From: Catajapyx aquilonaris
Lineage: Eukaryota
DNA length: 64,000 nucleotides
Direction of reading: 5' to 3'
Assembly: GCA_000934665.2 (NCBI GenBank)
Contig: JYFJ02001627.1
Coordinates: forward strand, 1-64,000
Of the stretch, positions 12,401-27,400 are shown in pieces. A program made the position numbers and the translations under genes. Position 1 is the stretch's first letter. Each line of letters starts with the position of its first letter. The notes under the pieces are model-generated. The model did no database searches. It saw only the letters and a list, made by a program, of their open reading frames with translations, and was not told where the DNA came from.

Positions 12401-15400
12401 CTCACCCGCAGCCGTGCAACCAAACTACTCCACATCAACCAGTCTATTCCCCCTATACTGTACCTCAAATCAACTACCCAACCCATTCTCAAATCCCATC
12501 GCTGAATATTCCAGACGCATCTTTTCTCACTCCGAATGTCCCGCATTCACATCATTTCATATCCAATGGCATACGCAAAATTCCTTACTGAGCAGGGGAC
12601 GGAGTTCCATTGGACCATTGGGAGAAAGGGGGTTGCACGTGGAAATGCTGATGGGGGAAAAAACCACCAAAGGATGCGTACCATACTCTGATATGTGCAT
12701 AGTCATATCCAATATTTGGAAGTTTTCTCTGGAGGACATCACAAATTAAGAGCGTTGAGGTGGGTTCCAGCATATTTGCGCATTTGGATATAACGCCAAT
12801 TAAAATTTTGTATAGAAGTGGGAAGGGTGTGAGAATTACCCCCTATGCATATACTATTCTATTCATTTCTCACCACACGCTTACTGCATTGTATCACTCT
12901 ACATAATATCATGTAGCATTACATAAACATTATTGTGCAATATTTGGACAGTTAGGCGAGTTAACACATGAAGCGAAACGACACATCATGCCACAATGGC
13001 TGCATGATGTATGTAGTTTGTCGCATTGCGTTAGTGCAGGAGTAGTGCAGCTCATGGCGGAGATGCCACCCACTATCGCCATGCAGGTATATCCAGTATT
13101 TAACACCTCAAATATTGAAACATGACCGGCGCGTAAGCCCTCCCTTGATCCCTATAGTCATTGGTGGCATAGCAGGATTTGACAAGCTGGGTAGGCGTCT
13201 CCTTCCATCCACGTCCACGTCAGTCTTTGGCTGCATTTACAGCGTATACGCTACTTACCTTGCGCCAGCTTCCAGAATCATTTTTCATGTGGAATCATAA
13301 ATTCCAGCCACTTTCCAGCCCCATCCCCAGCACCCATCATCATCAATCGCCGCCTTGTGTTGACACACCCAGCTCCCTCCTACCGGTGATATTATACAGT
13401 ACGTATGTGAATTAGACAATAGATTACCATAATGAGGTCTTCAGAGGTTTTCTATACTTGGCTCAGCTCTCCAGCCCAGCAACAGCTGAAAGAATCATTT
13501 ATTTTTAGAATCTATCTAGCAGCACTGAATAATAGAACCACGCAGACTCTGTGGCCTAGCTCGTCTTTCGTGCGGTTAGCAAGAGTTGGTGGCCAATGTC
13601 CCTCATGCACAGTCTGGCTGTTGGTCACGTCCTCCGAGTGGCAGTAGGAGCACATGTTAACCCCAGTTTACGCGATGTATAAACCGTCCAAGATTACAAA
13701 GAAACATTTGAGCAAGTCACAAGACAGTGCTGGTTGTAAATCGCAAGTGAGCACGCAACCTTCCGCCCCACCCACCCACCCTAGGATCATTTTTATTCTT
13801 CCCAGCCAGCAGCACTCCAGGCCATCAACCACTTCCCTATTTGGAAGGAGCAAAGAAGTTATTAGTTTATTTTTGCCAAAGCAAATAACACCAGGTACTG
13901 TATAGCGCCGAGCGCTCTTTATTAGGGAGGAGAGTAATGGAGCCAAAACATCCGTGTCAAGATCGATAGAGGGCGAGCTCCTTGATAGGGATCTGTGCAA
14001 TAAATTGCCTGCAGCGCCACGTTTTTCTCACTTTTAATTGGAGTCCCTATGGAGAACGATGTGCTTAGTATTCAGCTCTGCTGCTTGCCGCTGCTTGCTG
14101 CTCAATGCACAGCGCCCCGGGTTTAGCCCCACTTACGTACCCTGCTCTACAAGTTTGCAAAGGATCGCTCAAAAGATTCGCCTTCACAATATCTAGAACT
14201 TTGATGTTGACCGGGTTCCAGACCATGGTGTAGTACAGGGTTTCACAAACTTGGGCCTGATTTTTGTAGCCATAGAAATCCGGTATGGCAGTAGTTACAA
14301 GGTTGTTGCAGACCACTGGGTACGTAGAGTACCAAATCTAAATGAGTGAGGGCCAAATCGACCCCCCCCAACCATTGTGTGGGGCAGGTCGTCTCGAGTT
14401 GTAAAGAAGCCAGGGCAGATACTCGACATTTGGCAGAAGTTGGTAAGCCCGGCCTGCTCGATATGGAAAGGCTGCCTTGACTTGAAATGGCCGGAAGTGA
14501 TGGTAATGTTTCCATCCGAGTTATCGGAAAGGCTTTTATTAAAAGTGAAAGCATGCAGTTGGGCTTAGGTCGTATATCAGAGGAGTGGTCTGGAGGTTGC
14601 TAGAAGCGTTTCGATGTCCTTGGCACTCAGATAAGGCCCGGCATTTTTCCATCCACCTCCCCACTTTTTTCTTTCTTTTCGTCTCTTTTCCTCCTTTCTT
14701 TTTGCTCGGCTGGCAAGGGAAGGATAACAAAAGTTGGCAATATAATGGAGGCGTGGACAAGAGGAAGGCGAGGCCCTGATAAGGGGAAGCGGAAACAGAA
14801 CTGGACTGCGGGAAGAAAGTCTTTGTTCTGAGCCCAATGCGTCCGGAAGTCGTGTTAGGATGTGCAGTCATGCCTAGTATAATGTAGCGCAGGCCAGTAG
14901 AGTGGAAGTAGTGTTGTAGTACCAAGCGAGCGAACGTGGAAAATGCATCGGCTGCTGGGCCTACTACTCTTCTAGGCCTAGCCCTACCCTACTCCACTAC
15001 CTATATGCTACTCCGGAGAGTTTCAACTTTTGAGTCCGAAACCCGGTGACTCGTGTCCCCATCAGCTACAGTAAGCTTCATGCGGCTAGCCCGACACGTA
15101 CGCCGACTGCAGCCTGCCAAAGTGTAGCCTACACTACTGCACAAGTTGGGCTGGCCGAAACTCTCACCAGCAGAGGCGCAAAGGTCAGGGTTCCTAAGAA
15201 GGAAATTTGCTAATAGGGTCTATTATTTCTGAGCCGTTTGCGAATATTTGAACCGTCGGAAATTGGCGCGCAGGTAGTGACCATGCCGCCCATCAACTTT
15301 CAGGCATTGTCGGCCTGTGATATTTTGACACTCCAAGGTAGAGAGAGAGAGGGGGGGGGGGATCTGCCGAATTTGCATATTCTTCGCGCCATCCAGGAAG

Positions 15401-18400
15401 CAGGAATAAGAGTTACAAATTTCTCGTAAGAAAATCAACTTATCCGGATTCAACTGCACTTGTATACATTGGCACTGCTGGAAATACGGTATATGAAGGG
15501 ACCGACCTTTCTACTGGCGCATATCCGATGTGCTTACAGTATAAGGAGGATTCCACTGTACGCACTTTGTCAATTACATTCAGCTAAGCTTGTGCAGTGG
15601 CGTAGGCAGGGGCGGGGCCCAGCCCCCCCCCCCCCCGAAAGGCTTGAAATATTAAAAATTACTAACTCATTCATTTTTGGAAAATGTGCTACCGCATTTT
15701 CATCAAATACACACTCATTCAAATCTCCCACATTCACCTAAGNCCCCCCCCGAAATTCTTTCTGCCTACGCGCCTGGCTTGTGTGACCTTGAAGACAAAA
15801 AGAAATTTTCGCCTGCGGCGGACTTCCCCCCCCTCCTTTTCCTCTCATTGCGACAAGCTCAGCATGGCTTTTGTGGTTCTCTGAAATTTCATGTGAATCG
15901 TCTACAGGGTGTTTCAACTTTTTTGTCCGAACAGTTATCGGGAAATTGCACGTACCTGCTACTACTTTGTAAGCAGTGACTTGCAACCGGTGATTTGTCG
16001 GAGGAATTGGGAAAAAGAGAGTCACACATCCCATGGCATGTGTGACCCTCTTTTTTCCAGGCTTGACCCTCAATTTTCAGCGGGCAGCACGTATGCCACT
16101 TCAACCTACGATTCGCAGGTAATATTCCCGGTTCCTCCGAAAAATCACCGTTTGAAAGTCACTGCTTACAAAGTAGCAGCTACGTTTTCCGATAACTGTT
16201 CGGACAAAAAAGTTGAAACACCCTGTATATCCCCCAGTGTTTCGCCATACCTTTCTGAATTGAGATCGGCGCCACTGGTGTGAGCCAAACAAAGTGTAAT
16301 CACGGGGGAATGGAGCAACGGATAGACCCGACCGGTCGATATCCTATGACCATTTGACTGATTTGACATGAAACGACGCAATGCTTTTTGGCCAACACGA
16401 TTCATTCTCAGAATGTTACACCCCTTGGCCTCTAAGCTGTTGTTCTCATCCAAGAGTCCCAGGCTGGTTTATGCTTAGATTACGTCTTACAGTACACTAC
16501 TATCGCATTGCATAAACCTAACCGCTGACGTTGAGAAACCTTTGGCAATATATACTATTATTACCAACATGCTCCGGACAGACCACTACTGCATATTAAT
16601 GGAACATGCAAAGGGGTGCCCAAAAGCACGGAAAGTTGACGTAACCCATTTTTTAGAAGTATACGCAAGAGGAACTCCAATGTGATTATGTAATCTCTCC
16701 GTCGAGAAAATCTTGTACATCTGAAATTACAGTGTAAGTTTTATACATTTTTGAGGGGAAATACCAATGTCGAAATCCAAGTGAAACGCACTAAGTAAAA
16801 ACTTTTCCGGTTTTGAGTTATTTACATAACTATCACCAGGTGAAGTCCATTTAGCCCGTAAGATTCGTCATGAGCCAGGAGGCCTGGATTTTCTGTCTGC
16901 ATTATCATGATTGTTAGCAAATGCAAGGTCAAAGCTTTGCGCTGGATTATCTCGAAGCTGGTTTTTTGGACTTTGTTTCACCTATGTCGACGATATGTAG
17001 GAATGAGCCCCTCTAAAATTAATATATTGTTGCTTGATATACCACTAACAAGTAAGTGTCACTTTTTTGCTCTTACTAATAACAACAGACCTAATAATGA
17101 TAATGATAATAGCTTGTGAGTATAGTTTTTAACGATCCATTCCTATGATTTACAGTTTTGAAACTGCGCAGATATTACAAGTACAAGAAAGGATCAAAAA
17201 GAGGCAGCGACTGTGGTTTTCATCTTGTAAAACGGCAATGCTCTAGATAATTATGGCTACAAGAAACCCCCAGATAACCTTGTCCTGCTTCTTATGACGA
17301 TTATTACAAGTTGGTGAACTTATCTGAATCGATGGGGATAAAAAAATATTCGAGTCAAACCTTTTACAAAACCGAGATATTTGGTAGTGTCCTGCTTATA
17401 CAGTGTGGACCAACTTCAAGTGTCGTTTTACAACGGCGATTAATAGCAGTGATTTTGCGATGACGTAGCAGTGACGTGTAAAATGTCCCACTTATAATAA
17501 TAATCCGGGGTAGTGCTTGACCTCATCTGAGGTATGCAGCACGGACCTTTATTTATTGCATCAAGTACATTTGAGCCTTTTACGTAGCGCCCGGGCCCAC
17601 GGGCAGGATGACAGGAGGGGATGTGCGAGGTGCAGTGCAGTGTCTTTATGTGGCCATTTTTAGTGAACTCCCCGGGTGGTTTAGTCTGTGGATATACCAC
17701 CCGAGACGAAGCCAGAGGTGACCCTGAACTCTGCACGAAGGGGGTGTCCCCGGGCTGGCATCGAACCCGGGACCTTAACATCCGTGGGCGCATACGTTAC
17801 CGCAGCACCACTCCGCCTCCCCAAAATGTCCCACTTCGGCGCCATCGAAAATATTAGCTGCCAATAGCGCAGCCAATTGGCAGCTAATATTTTTGATGGT
17901 GTCGAAGTGGGCCATTTTACACGTCGCTGCTACGTCAATCGTAAAGCGCTTCTATTAATAGCCGTTATAAAACAACACTTGAAGTTGGTCCACCCTGTAT
18001 GAAGAGGAGTAAGCCAATGGTATGATCATGACCTAGTTCCACTGGATTTCACAGAGCGTATACATTTCAATAAAGGCCGATCCTATTAGGTCCAGCAACT
18101 TAAACACTGTATAATCGAGAAGTTGCCAAATTAACTAGAGCTCAGGTATCAAGGTAAATAGATTAATTTATTAAGTATATAAAGGTTGGAAATAAATCGC
18201 TTTCCATTCATTTCGCTGGAAGTACATTTTCATCATCTCGTATAATTTAAAATGAGCTAACTAGAGCTCATTTTATTAATCGTAACATGAAAATTATACT
18301 AAAAGTGGAAATGGCCCAGAAATGCATATTTTAAAACCAATTTTGTATTTTAATCTCTCTAAATCAAATTAGCAAGTGGAAAGCCATGGCCATTTTGAAC

Positions 18401-21400
18401 GAGCAGCTCGGAATAATTCATTATTTTATAACTTGAAGGCAAATCAGCCCCAGGAATGGCATCTGCCTGATCTACTATTATCAGCCGTACCATTTGACCA
18501 TTTTCATGTCTCAGTCAGTTCGGTATCCTATTTTTATCCATTTTTTTCCACTATTTTTTTAGTGTTGCGTGATCATAGTCCTCTTTCGACCATGGCTGAA
18601 GACAATGTTTTCCGCAGTGAATACCATCCCTAATACTGTAAGAAGAGTCCAGAAAAGAGTTGACCAGCCGTAATGGCCTCAGTAGAAACAGAGTGGGAGT
18701 GAAGAGGAAAGTCGGTACAGTAGAGTGTGTAGGTTGGGTACATAATGACTGTGGTCTCTTTTCTCGGACTGAGGAACTCGTTGGATCGATACGGAGGGTA
18801 GCAGTGTACCGTAGCTAAGCCTCGTCCCAACTGGGTTTGGGGCAGCCTCTTTGCTTGCCTTATTGCTCTCAATGTGCCCTCTCCCAATTATCCGCATTCC
18901 CATCCGCGCTCTTTGCACGTTATTCCCCCTCAGATGCATTCCAAGGACCAGCCCAGGTTAGAGAGCTGGTTGGAAACAGTAGATATTCAGGATGCGAACC
19001 TATAGCCTGGTTATCAAAAATATAGCGGATGACGCAGGCTCATTGCAATAAACACAATATGTACGAGTTTTTTTCAGCGCGGATCATATGGCTATTGACG
19101 ACACCTCTTTTGATAAATGCATCATTAAATTGTAAAATGTGGTTAAAACCCGGCAAAATGTTTTTGATAATTCCATTTTTCGATGGCTCTTCAGTCAACA
19201 AACAAAAACCAACGTGCGTCAGTGTACTGCATAATAAATGAAACTATGGAAATGGGAAACGCTCTCCTGAAAAATCAAAATGCGTCCATGTTGCACGTAG
19301 CTTCCCCCCAAATCATAAACCACTCAACAGTACAGTATGAACTTGCTTCATACATGTGCATAAGCCATTCTAGCTAGGTGAATTATTCTCGTTCAGCACA
19401 GCTGCAGGCGAATCTTGGAACTCTTACATGCCCATCAAAATGTTCGTTAATATTCCTATCTCTGCCTGGATATTTTGATGTACAGTAGATTTCAAAAAAA
19501 AAAAAAAAAATGCGAACAGTCGCATCCTGCCAATATATACGTACGATCAGCACTCGAGCAAGGATGAATCGATCCCCTTGGGCGAATGCTGATGGCGATA
19601 TAGCGCCTGGATATGTTTCGACTAAACTTTTTTTATACCTGTAATTAGATGACTTTGAACGGAAAGACACCTTATACGTATGATACTGCTGCCAGTTTAA
19701 TGCTATTCGTTGGTGGGGGGTGTGTTTCGCTCATTCACATTTCGTCGAATATAACAAAGGTTGTGTGTCTGATAAGGCAGAATAGTCCATCATTTCTGGT
19801 CCTAATTTCACGCCACCACTTTGTGTACTGATGCGTGACAGCGAATAGCACTAGTTCCCACCCTCTTCGACTATTCCTTATTATTCTTCCACTACTAAAT
19901 CGTGGCAGCAATGGCAAACATGAAAATGGACGGCTATACCTAACTTCAATGGCTTCCTAGTTTGGGAGTCAAAGACACTGCTAACAAAGACCAAATGTTC
20001 CAACTTTCGATCTCAATAATATCTGACAGGTTCACCATCGCTCTTTTGTCATGTTTGAATTTTATTAAATAGGACTAAGTTATAGGGGTTCAGAGACATC
20101 TTCGCAGTTCAATAATTTTTACTTATGGAAAGGAATAAGGAGGAGGGAAATGTCCAGTAAAAGCATTTTGTTACACCCCTAACATTTTTCTCAACTTATT
20201 CATTCGCAATTTCTCATGATCACGGAGCAGGCTTATAATATTGCATTTTATGTAGAGTAATATTTGAAAAACGTAACCTTCAAATATGTTTACAAGTGAC
20301 ACGCTTTTTCATTTTTGTTTGTTTTAAGAATACTTACAGTATGTTTATGAGCAATTTGTATGTAATGGCATAAATTAATTACATGTAAGCAAAAAAGATA
20401 ACAAATTTGCAAGAGTTTATAACTTTTATAGTGGCTATAACTATAGTATGTCACAGGCATCCAAGGCACCGAAGCAAGTTGGCATGGTGGATAAGGCGTC
20501 CGACTGCTAATCGCAATAACGTGGCAACAACAGACCCACCTAGCAACTAAAGCCCGCTTTCTAAGTAGCCAGCGGATAGTAAACAACGGTTCTGTTGTTG
20601 CCAGGTTATTGTGAATTGCACCGTTGTTTACTATCTGCGCGCCACCTAGCAACTAAAGGATCCGCTTGCCTAGCGCCGCCTGACGCGTCAAAGCTCCCCG
20701 TTCCTCGTCTATTGACCCCTTCTAGATGGCGTTTCCGGACACGGGTTCCTATGTGAAAAATACTTGTCTTGGTCTCCTCTATTACCCCTGCAAGCCTCAA
20801 GCCTGTCCCGAATTACAGCCTACACCCTGTGTACACGGTGCATTTCATAAATATTAAGACAAAATTCAAGAATGAGTACTCGGGTACTGCAGGATCACGT
20901 CTTTATGAGTTGTGTCATAATTTGGCTTTAGAAATTTGGCTACCATGGTAACCGGCTTCAAATACGTACTATGGGGCTCAAATTGTTTTGGCCACTTTAT
21001 TCTGGTATTGAAGCAACCCTTCGTACAGGCCCCACGTTGAGCAGGTGTGTGCGTGCGTGTGTGTGAAGGGTTATTTCAAGACCAGGATAAAGTGGCCAAA
21101 ACAATTTGAGCCCCATAGTACAACCTTACCTTTTACATAATGCAGGTGTTACCATGGGTTTTTCATTGAGTCTACGACTTCTTAGGTTTAGCAGGAATGG
21201 CCGAGGTGATAGTGTTAGAGGCTAAATATCCGCATCATAGAAAATAATACAGCACACTCTTTTTAATGCAAATTATGTATATGAGTATAATTGCTGTCGA
21301 GACCAAATGCCAAATATATGAAAAAGCGCTCCTCTGATATATTTGCCTAAATCATTATGCAACACCCTGTATAAGACAATGAACTTCATAAGTTCTGAGT

Positions 21401-24400
21401 AGAGTATGTTTGGAGACAGCGTGTATCGCATCACATTAATATCTGCTCATTTGTAAGGTAGTAAACAGAGCTGTGACGGCAGAGCGCGCTATGACTGTAG
21501 AGCCTATCTTAATACCAGAAACTACTACCACGCGGTATTAGTAGAACTAATACCATGAAAAGCTTCTAGGATTTAAATGCTTAATGGATCATGGGCCACG
21601 TTTCCTCAAAACTGTTGGCCAGTCTCGCGTATCTTGCATGAAACCAGTATTAGACTGCGTATAGGACAGGGAGGACATTTTACTTTCTCAAACATTACAT
21701 TTTGGTTATTGTTACCTCAAGAAAATTTCCAGATAATATTCACATTATTTGGCGAACAAATGTGTATCCTCAACTCGAATACACGCATGTTGCCAATGTA
21801 GGGTATTGAAAAACCTGGACTAAAGTTTATAAAAATGGTACATGCTACTCTTTCAAGTGTTAACAATTGAAAGTGCCAAAGGTTGTCATGGATGAACATA
21901 AAATTAATGTACATGAACCAAACTTTGTTGTAACTTAAAACCTACATGTATTATTTTACCTACTCTCACATGAACAATACACAACATTTGGCCCTAGTCA
22001 TAACCCATAGATTAGGGGCATACTGTTAGAGCATTATTTATATACTGTATTTATACGCAGAAAGTGTATTTAAGTTTCATTGTGTGTTACACGAGCATCA
22101 TGTTATTCATGAATATTTTTTTGATTCCGACTTCCTCCATGTTCGTGAAAAACATACACAAAGCTCATTGTTTTAATCTGGTTCCGTATTGATAAAATGA
22201 GTGCTGTGAACAAGGATTCTTAACGCGTGGGTTGAAACCACATTAGAGGTAGCCCAGCTTGTTTGCTTGCCGCGGTCTCGCAAAAATTATTGGCGAGCAA
22301 ATATGTGGGCGCTAGCCTCTATGGAAGGTCTATATTAGATCAAAGGGCTATAAAGCGCACCGGGAAATCCCGCCACAATGTATTTACGCAACTATACGAG
22401 TCGCGTGCTAAGGGAAAGTACTGCGCATACTGGAATATTAATTGTGCCCAAGCATTAGTGACATGTGTGAGATTCCCACCTCCCAGTGTTAAAAATAGGC
22501 GTCGTAATGAAACTACAGTACTATGTGTGAGAGAAACTACACAGTGCAATTGCTGGCTTCTCAACTATTACTGAATTTAATTGTCTTTGTTTTAATGATG
22601 GAAAAATAAACAGGGCGAAAGTGAATAAGGAAAGGTTATGATGAAGCCATCATGTAGTATGTCGCTCACGCTTTTCCTATACTTCAAAGGGACGCACTCT
22701 ACTGATGTGAGGCAACTTTCAAGTTACTTATAAGAAACTTTAGCTAATTTTGTGTGCACGTTTTTATAAAGAACTTCGCCAAGTTCGGTCTTCTAGACCT
22801 GTATCATCTCAAACTAGTGCAAACTTTTTTGAACAATTTCCTGCCACTTTTTCTCACCATGTCCTCCTTTCCCATTGGCCTCACAAAATGTTCATAAAAT
22901 GTACAGTGCAGCTTTTATGATATGTTTCATAGTATTCGTGGGAAAAAATGAAAGTGACTGACTCTTCGGCCGACGCTGCTTGGAAGTATAGTTTTGATTG
23001 CCTTTTAATGTCTACTAAGTCGTACTTGTCTGTACTTGTTGTTTCTTTTCGTTCTGTCCTCTTTCGTTCCTATACATGTTCAAGAGATATAATCATCCAT
23101 AGTTTTGGCCATAGCTGCAGCTGTTTGGAGCAGCCACCTCAGGTCACATAAGGAGCCATATAGTTGAGTGATAACCATCATGAAAAATTATAGTCTACGT
23201 TGTAATCGAGTAGCATATAATGCTTGAGATTTAACTGCATATAATTTATGGCTCAAGTATGGCAAACCCAAGCTTTGAGCACTCATCAATAGGTAACTCT
23301 TGGCAAATCAATGGCCTATAAGAGAGACTAAATATGAGTACCATCCCCATGATATCCTTCAGTTCACGTTACTTAATAGGTTACAAAAATGAAGTTATAA
23401 ATCACTACAATAATGGCTTTTATTAATCACCTTCAAGTAGTGTACTAAGCCAGTTCCCACTAGCGCTTATTGGCAGCAGAAACCTAGGCTAGCCATCCTA
23501 TAACGTAGATCCTGATTCCAGGTGGACCGCTTTTTACTCCTGCTACGTGCATTGTGCACATCAGTGTCCCTTAGGAGAAGGGAGTTGTTATTGGCACTTT
23601 AAGGGGTGCTGGGTAAAGCAGATATACCAAATTACCCTCGGATGTTTAGAGATTGCTTTTAGTTGCTTTTGTGGTGTAGACCTGTATAACAGAATATAAA
23701 AGGAATCATACGAGTTTGTAGAAAATTTGCATTGCACACTCTTTTTGAACTATAGCGTTTTTATGTCCACTTTAAAGGTGTGTGGTCGATAAGTATACCG
23801 CAGCGTTGAAAGATAAATGGCGAGCGTTAATTTTTATCATAATAATAATCTTTTACCTCGGGGTGAGATGGATTTTTCTAGTGGGAGTTTTTTTGATCTT
23901 TTTTTCATTCGAAAGGACTACTGATAGAATTCGGATATGGGTAGAAATATGGCTGCAGCCTACTGCACGTATTGGCAACAACCCCGCAATCGCTTGGAAT
24001 TGGCATAATAAATTGGCAAATAACTGGGCGAGGCCAATCGGAATTCGAACCCTGGACCTCGAAACGATGCCTATACTAACCCAGCTCCCATCGGAAAACC
24101 CGCTAAATATTAATAATAGATAATCATAATTTATAAACTTAATATTGCTGTTAGTAACTAAATATTATGATTAGCTTGTAACCAGCCCGATTTTGTTTTT
24201 GCTGGTCTTGCGTGAAATCGTATTCATCCTGGAAGGTTTTTGTTCTTGTTTGCATCCAAGAGCCGTGGCTGGATCCCTTCCGGACCAAACAGGTCTTGTT
24301 CGTCCCATGGAAAACCTGCAAACTGGATAATCTCTTCCAAAACCCTTGCAGCTCCACTTCCCAATCGATAGAAGCTCTACAGTATCTTTGCACGCAGCTA

Positions 24401-27400
24401 ATCCTATAAGAAGCTCCCTCATTGCCTGAAAAGGAGCACCATAGCGTTTCCAAATGCATTACCTAATGTGGTGTCACCTGTCATTTCAGAATGAGGAAAT
24501 GTTCAAATAGTACCGTCAGTACAGCATTGAAACAGGAGCTTAAGGGCAGGGAAGCCTGGGTCACTCTACATAGTTGTCTTTATGATGAATCGTGCATAAT
24601 TATGCAGTGTACAGTATCTGAAGATGGAAGAAATGAAAGCACTGCACAGCAGTAGATTCTGTTGGTTTTAGAATGGGCGTAACAGACTCCCTATGGTTAT
24701 ATCTTTTTTACGTGGGGAAAGAGCCATTTTCATCACGTCTAGTCTAGTTAGATTATAGTAAGCAGAGTGGGATTCATGATGCCTTCTATGCTGGATGTCC
24801 TGGACAAATTATTTTGCAATTTCAAACACAAGGGCAGCAAGGCCTTTTGAATTATTTCACATATTGCATTTTTGGTGTGTGCTCTCTAGCCTAGTAATAA
24901 AAATAATGGGACGAATTAGGATTTATACCCCTGCGGATTGCTATTATTCCGATTGATCGGTATTGGAGCGGGTTATGATAAACAGACGGTAAAGAAGTGT
25001 ACTTTGGGACGACAATTTGCATAACGTAATACATTCATAACCAACATGGGTTGTCGTAATGATCATTTTCAATTCAAAGCCAAGCCAGCCCCCACATCAG
25101 GTAAATAAAAAAACTTCCCTGCAGTAATGAGTTAAATTATCAATGTTCTGCTGCACTGAAACACAAAAACAGGGAAAGCCCTGCAGGTATACGAACCTTT
25201 CCATTGTATCATGGGAACAATTGTTCTTTAAAAAGTTGCATAGTATTAGAGATATAAAGTGTGAACCTTTTCATCACTTATCAGAATACCCTATATTAAT
25301 AAAAAACCGCAAAAAACAGTCTGTCTAAATCATTACCTACACAGTCATATATGAATATCCTTCTGCTCTTAGCAATTGCTCTCCCACATTAAACCCCATA
25401 TAACACAAAATAGAAAACCTTAATGTAAATAAGTGCAATACAGAGCCTAAATTTATTCAAAACGACAAGCATGGATTTTTGCTCGTATGAAATCTTGAAA
25501 CCCTGCCAGAACAGCCAACTTCGATCAAAAACACAAGACGTGATATGGCCACGAAAGTTGGCACCAGAGAAACTGATGGGAAGAATTTTGCCGCATTGTC
25601 ATTGCCACTCACATAATCAGTTAACATTACGTAGTGTCAATGCATTCCAACTGGAACAACTTAGTCGTGATCATGCACGAACGGAATGTTGATCCTTATA
25701 TCTGGAGTCAATTTAGGTTACATAGCACCGTCAAGCAACGAAAATGAACTGCTCAAGGTCGACGGTAATCTTTTCAGAAAATGGATGCCAAGATGAAAGT
25801 CGTTGCGTGTCTTGTTGCGTGCAAATAGATATCATGGAAGCAGGAAGTTGTATCCAGTTGTGTGCTGGCTCACAACGCTGCTTATTTTATGCGAGGTAAT
25901 GATTTTCTCTTTTGCGATTGCAATGTCACGATTCAATTCCTCAGTTTCTGCCTTACAGTATAATATATATCTGACTGTATATTACCCTACTCGCAATTGA
26001 ACATGTTCACTAGACCCTACCCTTACAGTAATAATGTTGGTTTCTAATATGGAAAATCGTTGATCTGGTTGAGAGAGACCTTAGTCTCAGGCTGAAGAAG
26101 ACTAGGGTGAAAAAAAGGAGGTTAGGAAATTCTAATGAAGGTTTGAGTGTAGACTGTCGGACGCAATTACGGCAGTGCTTCCTAATTAGTGGGCAGCGTG
26201 TAATGAATAATGAGCGTGCAGTGCAGCCTTTGACACTAATTGCGAAAGGTGAGACGAGTCAAGTCCACCTCCGTGCCATTTGTAGCGCCTCTTGAGCCTG
26301 TTGTGAAAAAAATACACAAAAAACTTGCTCGACATACCAACACTGTGTAAACTGTACTGAAAATCCGTTAAGCCTATAATTAATAATAAAATATCAAAGA
26401 GCTATCGAGACCTCTGCAGCTCACAATTTGGCCGCCATAACGGATATAGTGTCAGTCCTTGCAACAGTTACTTTTAATCCCCATAAGCCCAGGGAAAAGA
26501 ACTCACATGAAAGCACTGACTGACACCGACCAACAACTCATATAATCCCGGAGGCACCTGTCTAGTATGTTGTCAGCTGTAGAAAAAAAACCCAACCAAG
26601 TATACCTCTACTCTCACACCAGCATCCACTGTACACCGTAATTTTTGCCTAAGGTGTATGTCTCAGAGAGCTGGAGACTTTATGTTATGCTTTGACGCCA
26701 CATGCAGTAGATGTTGCTTGGCAATATCCGTATGAATTGATTGGCATATATTTTGTTGACGAGCTCGCGCTTTGCATATAGTCAATTAATTATTTATAAC
26801 AGGGGAGGCATGGTGGTCTGGTGGTTACCCCACGACTGGCCAGCCAAGCGGAAGGCCGGGGTTCAAATCCCGTACCCGTCACCTATACTTGGCCGGGTCT
26901 TTATCCGCTTTTCACCCGACATGCCGGGGCAGAATTGCACTCCATACTCTGCCCATGGACCGAAGCAGTAGTGGTGTAGTGGTATGGTGTCCGACTGCTA
27001 ATCGGGAGGTCCTGGGTTCGAATCCCGGAGGCCGGCGACCCTGACCATGGTTTTCTGCGGTTTCCCATGGTCCTTGCAGGATAATTCCGGGGTCGTTACC
27101 GTTATATAGGCCACAGCCGCCTCCTTCCTTCCCTTTCCCTGCTTCATTCCGGTGATGAGAAAAATAGTAAAAATGGAAGAGTTCCAGACAAAAAATTTTT
27201 ACTATTTTTCTCATATATATATATTTCTAACAAATTTCCCCGGAACGGTTAAACGTACTGTTCGCACATCTTGTATACATACATCGCAGTAATCATGAAT
27301 TCGGGTTTTATCACTCGGGAGTATCTGGTGTCAAGCGCGGATTGTTGTGAAAATGGTTGGGACATGTAGGATTACAAGCACACTGCACGCAGATTTGGTG

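Noticed and set aside
13900..15150. Cluster of overlapping ORFs in GC-richer DNA
   Set aside because: No recognisable domain; probably decayed retroelement sequence, but I cannot support a call.
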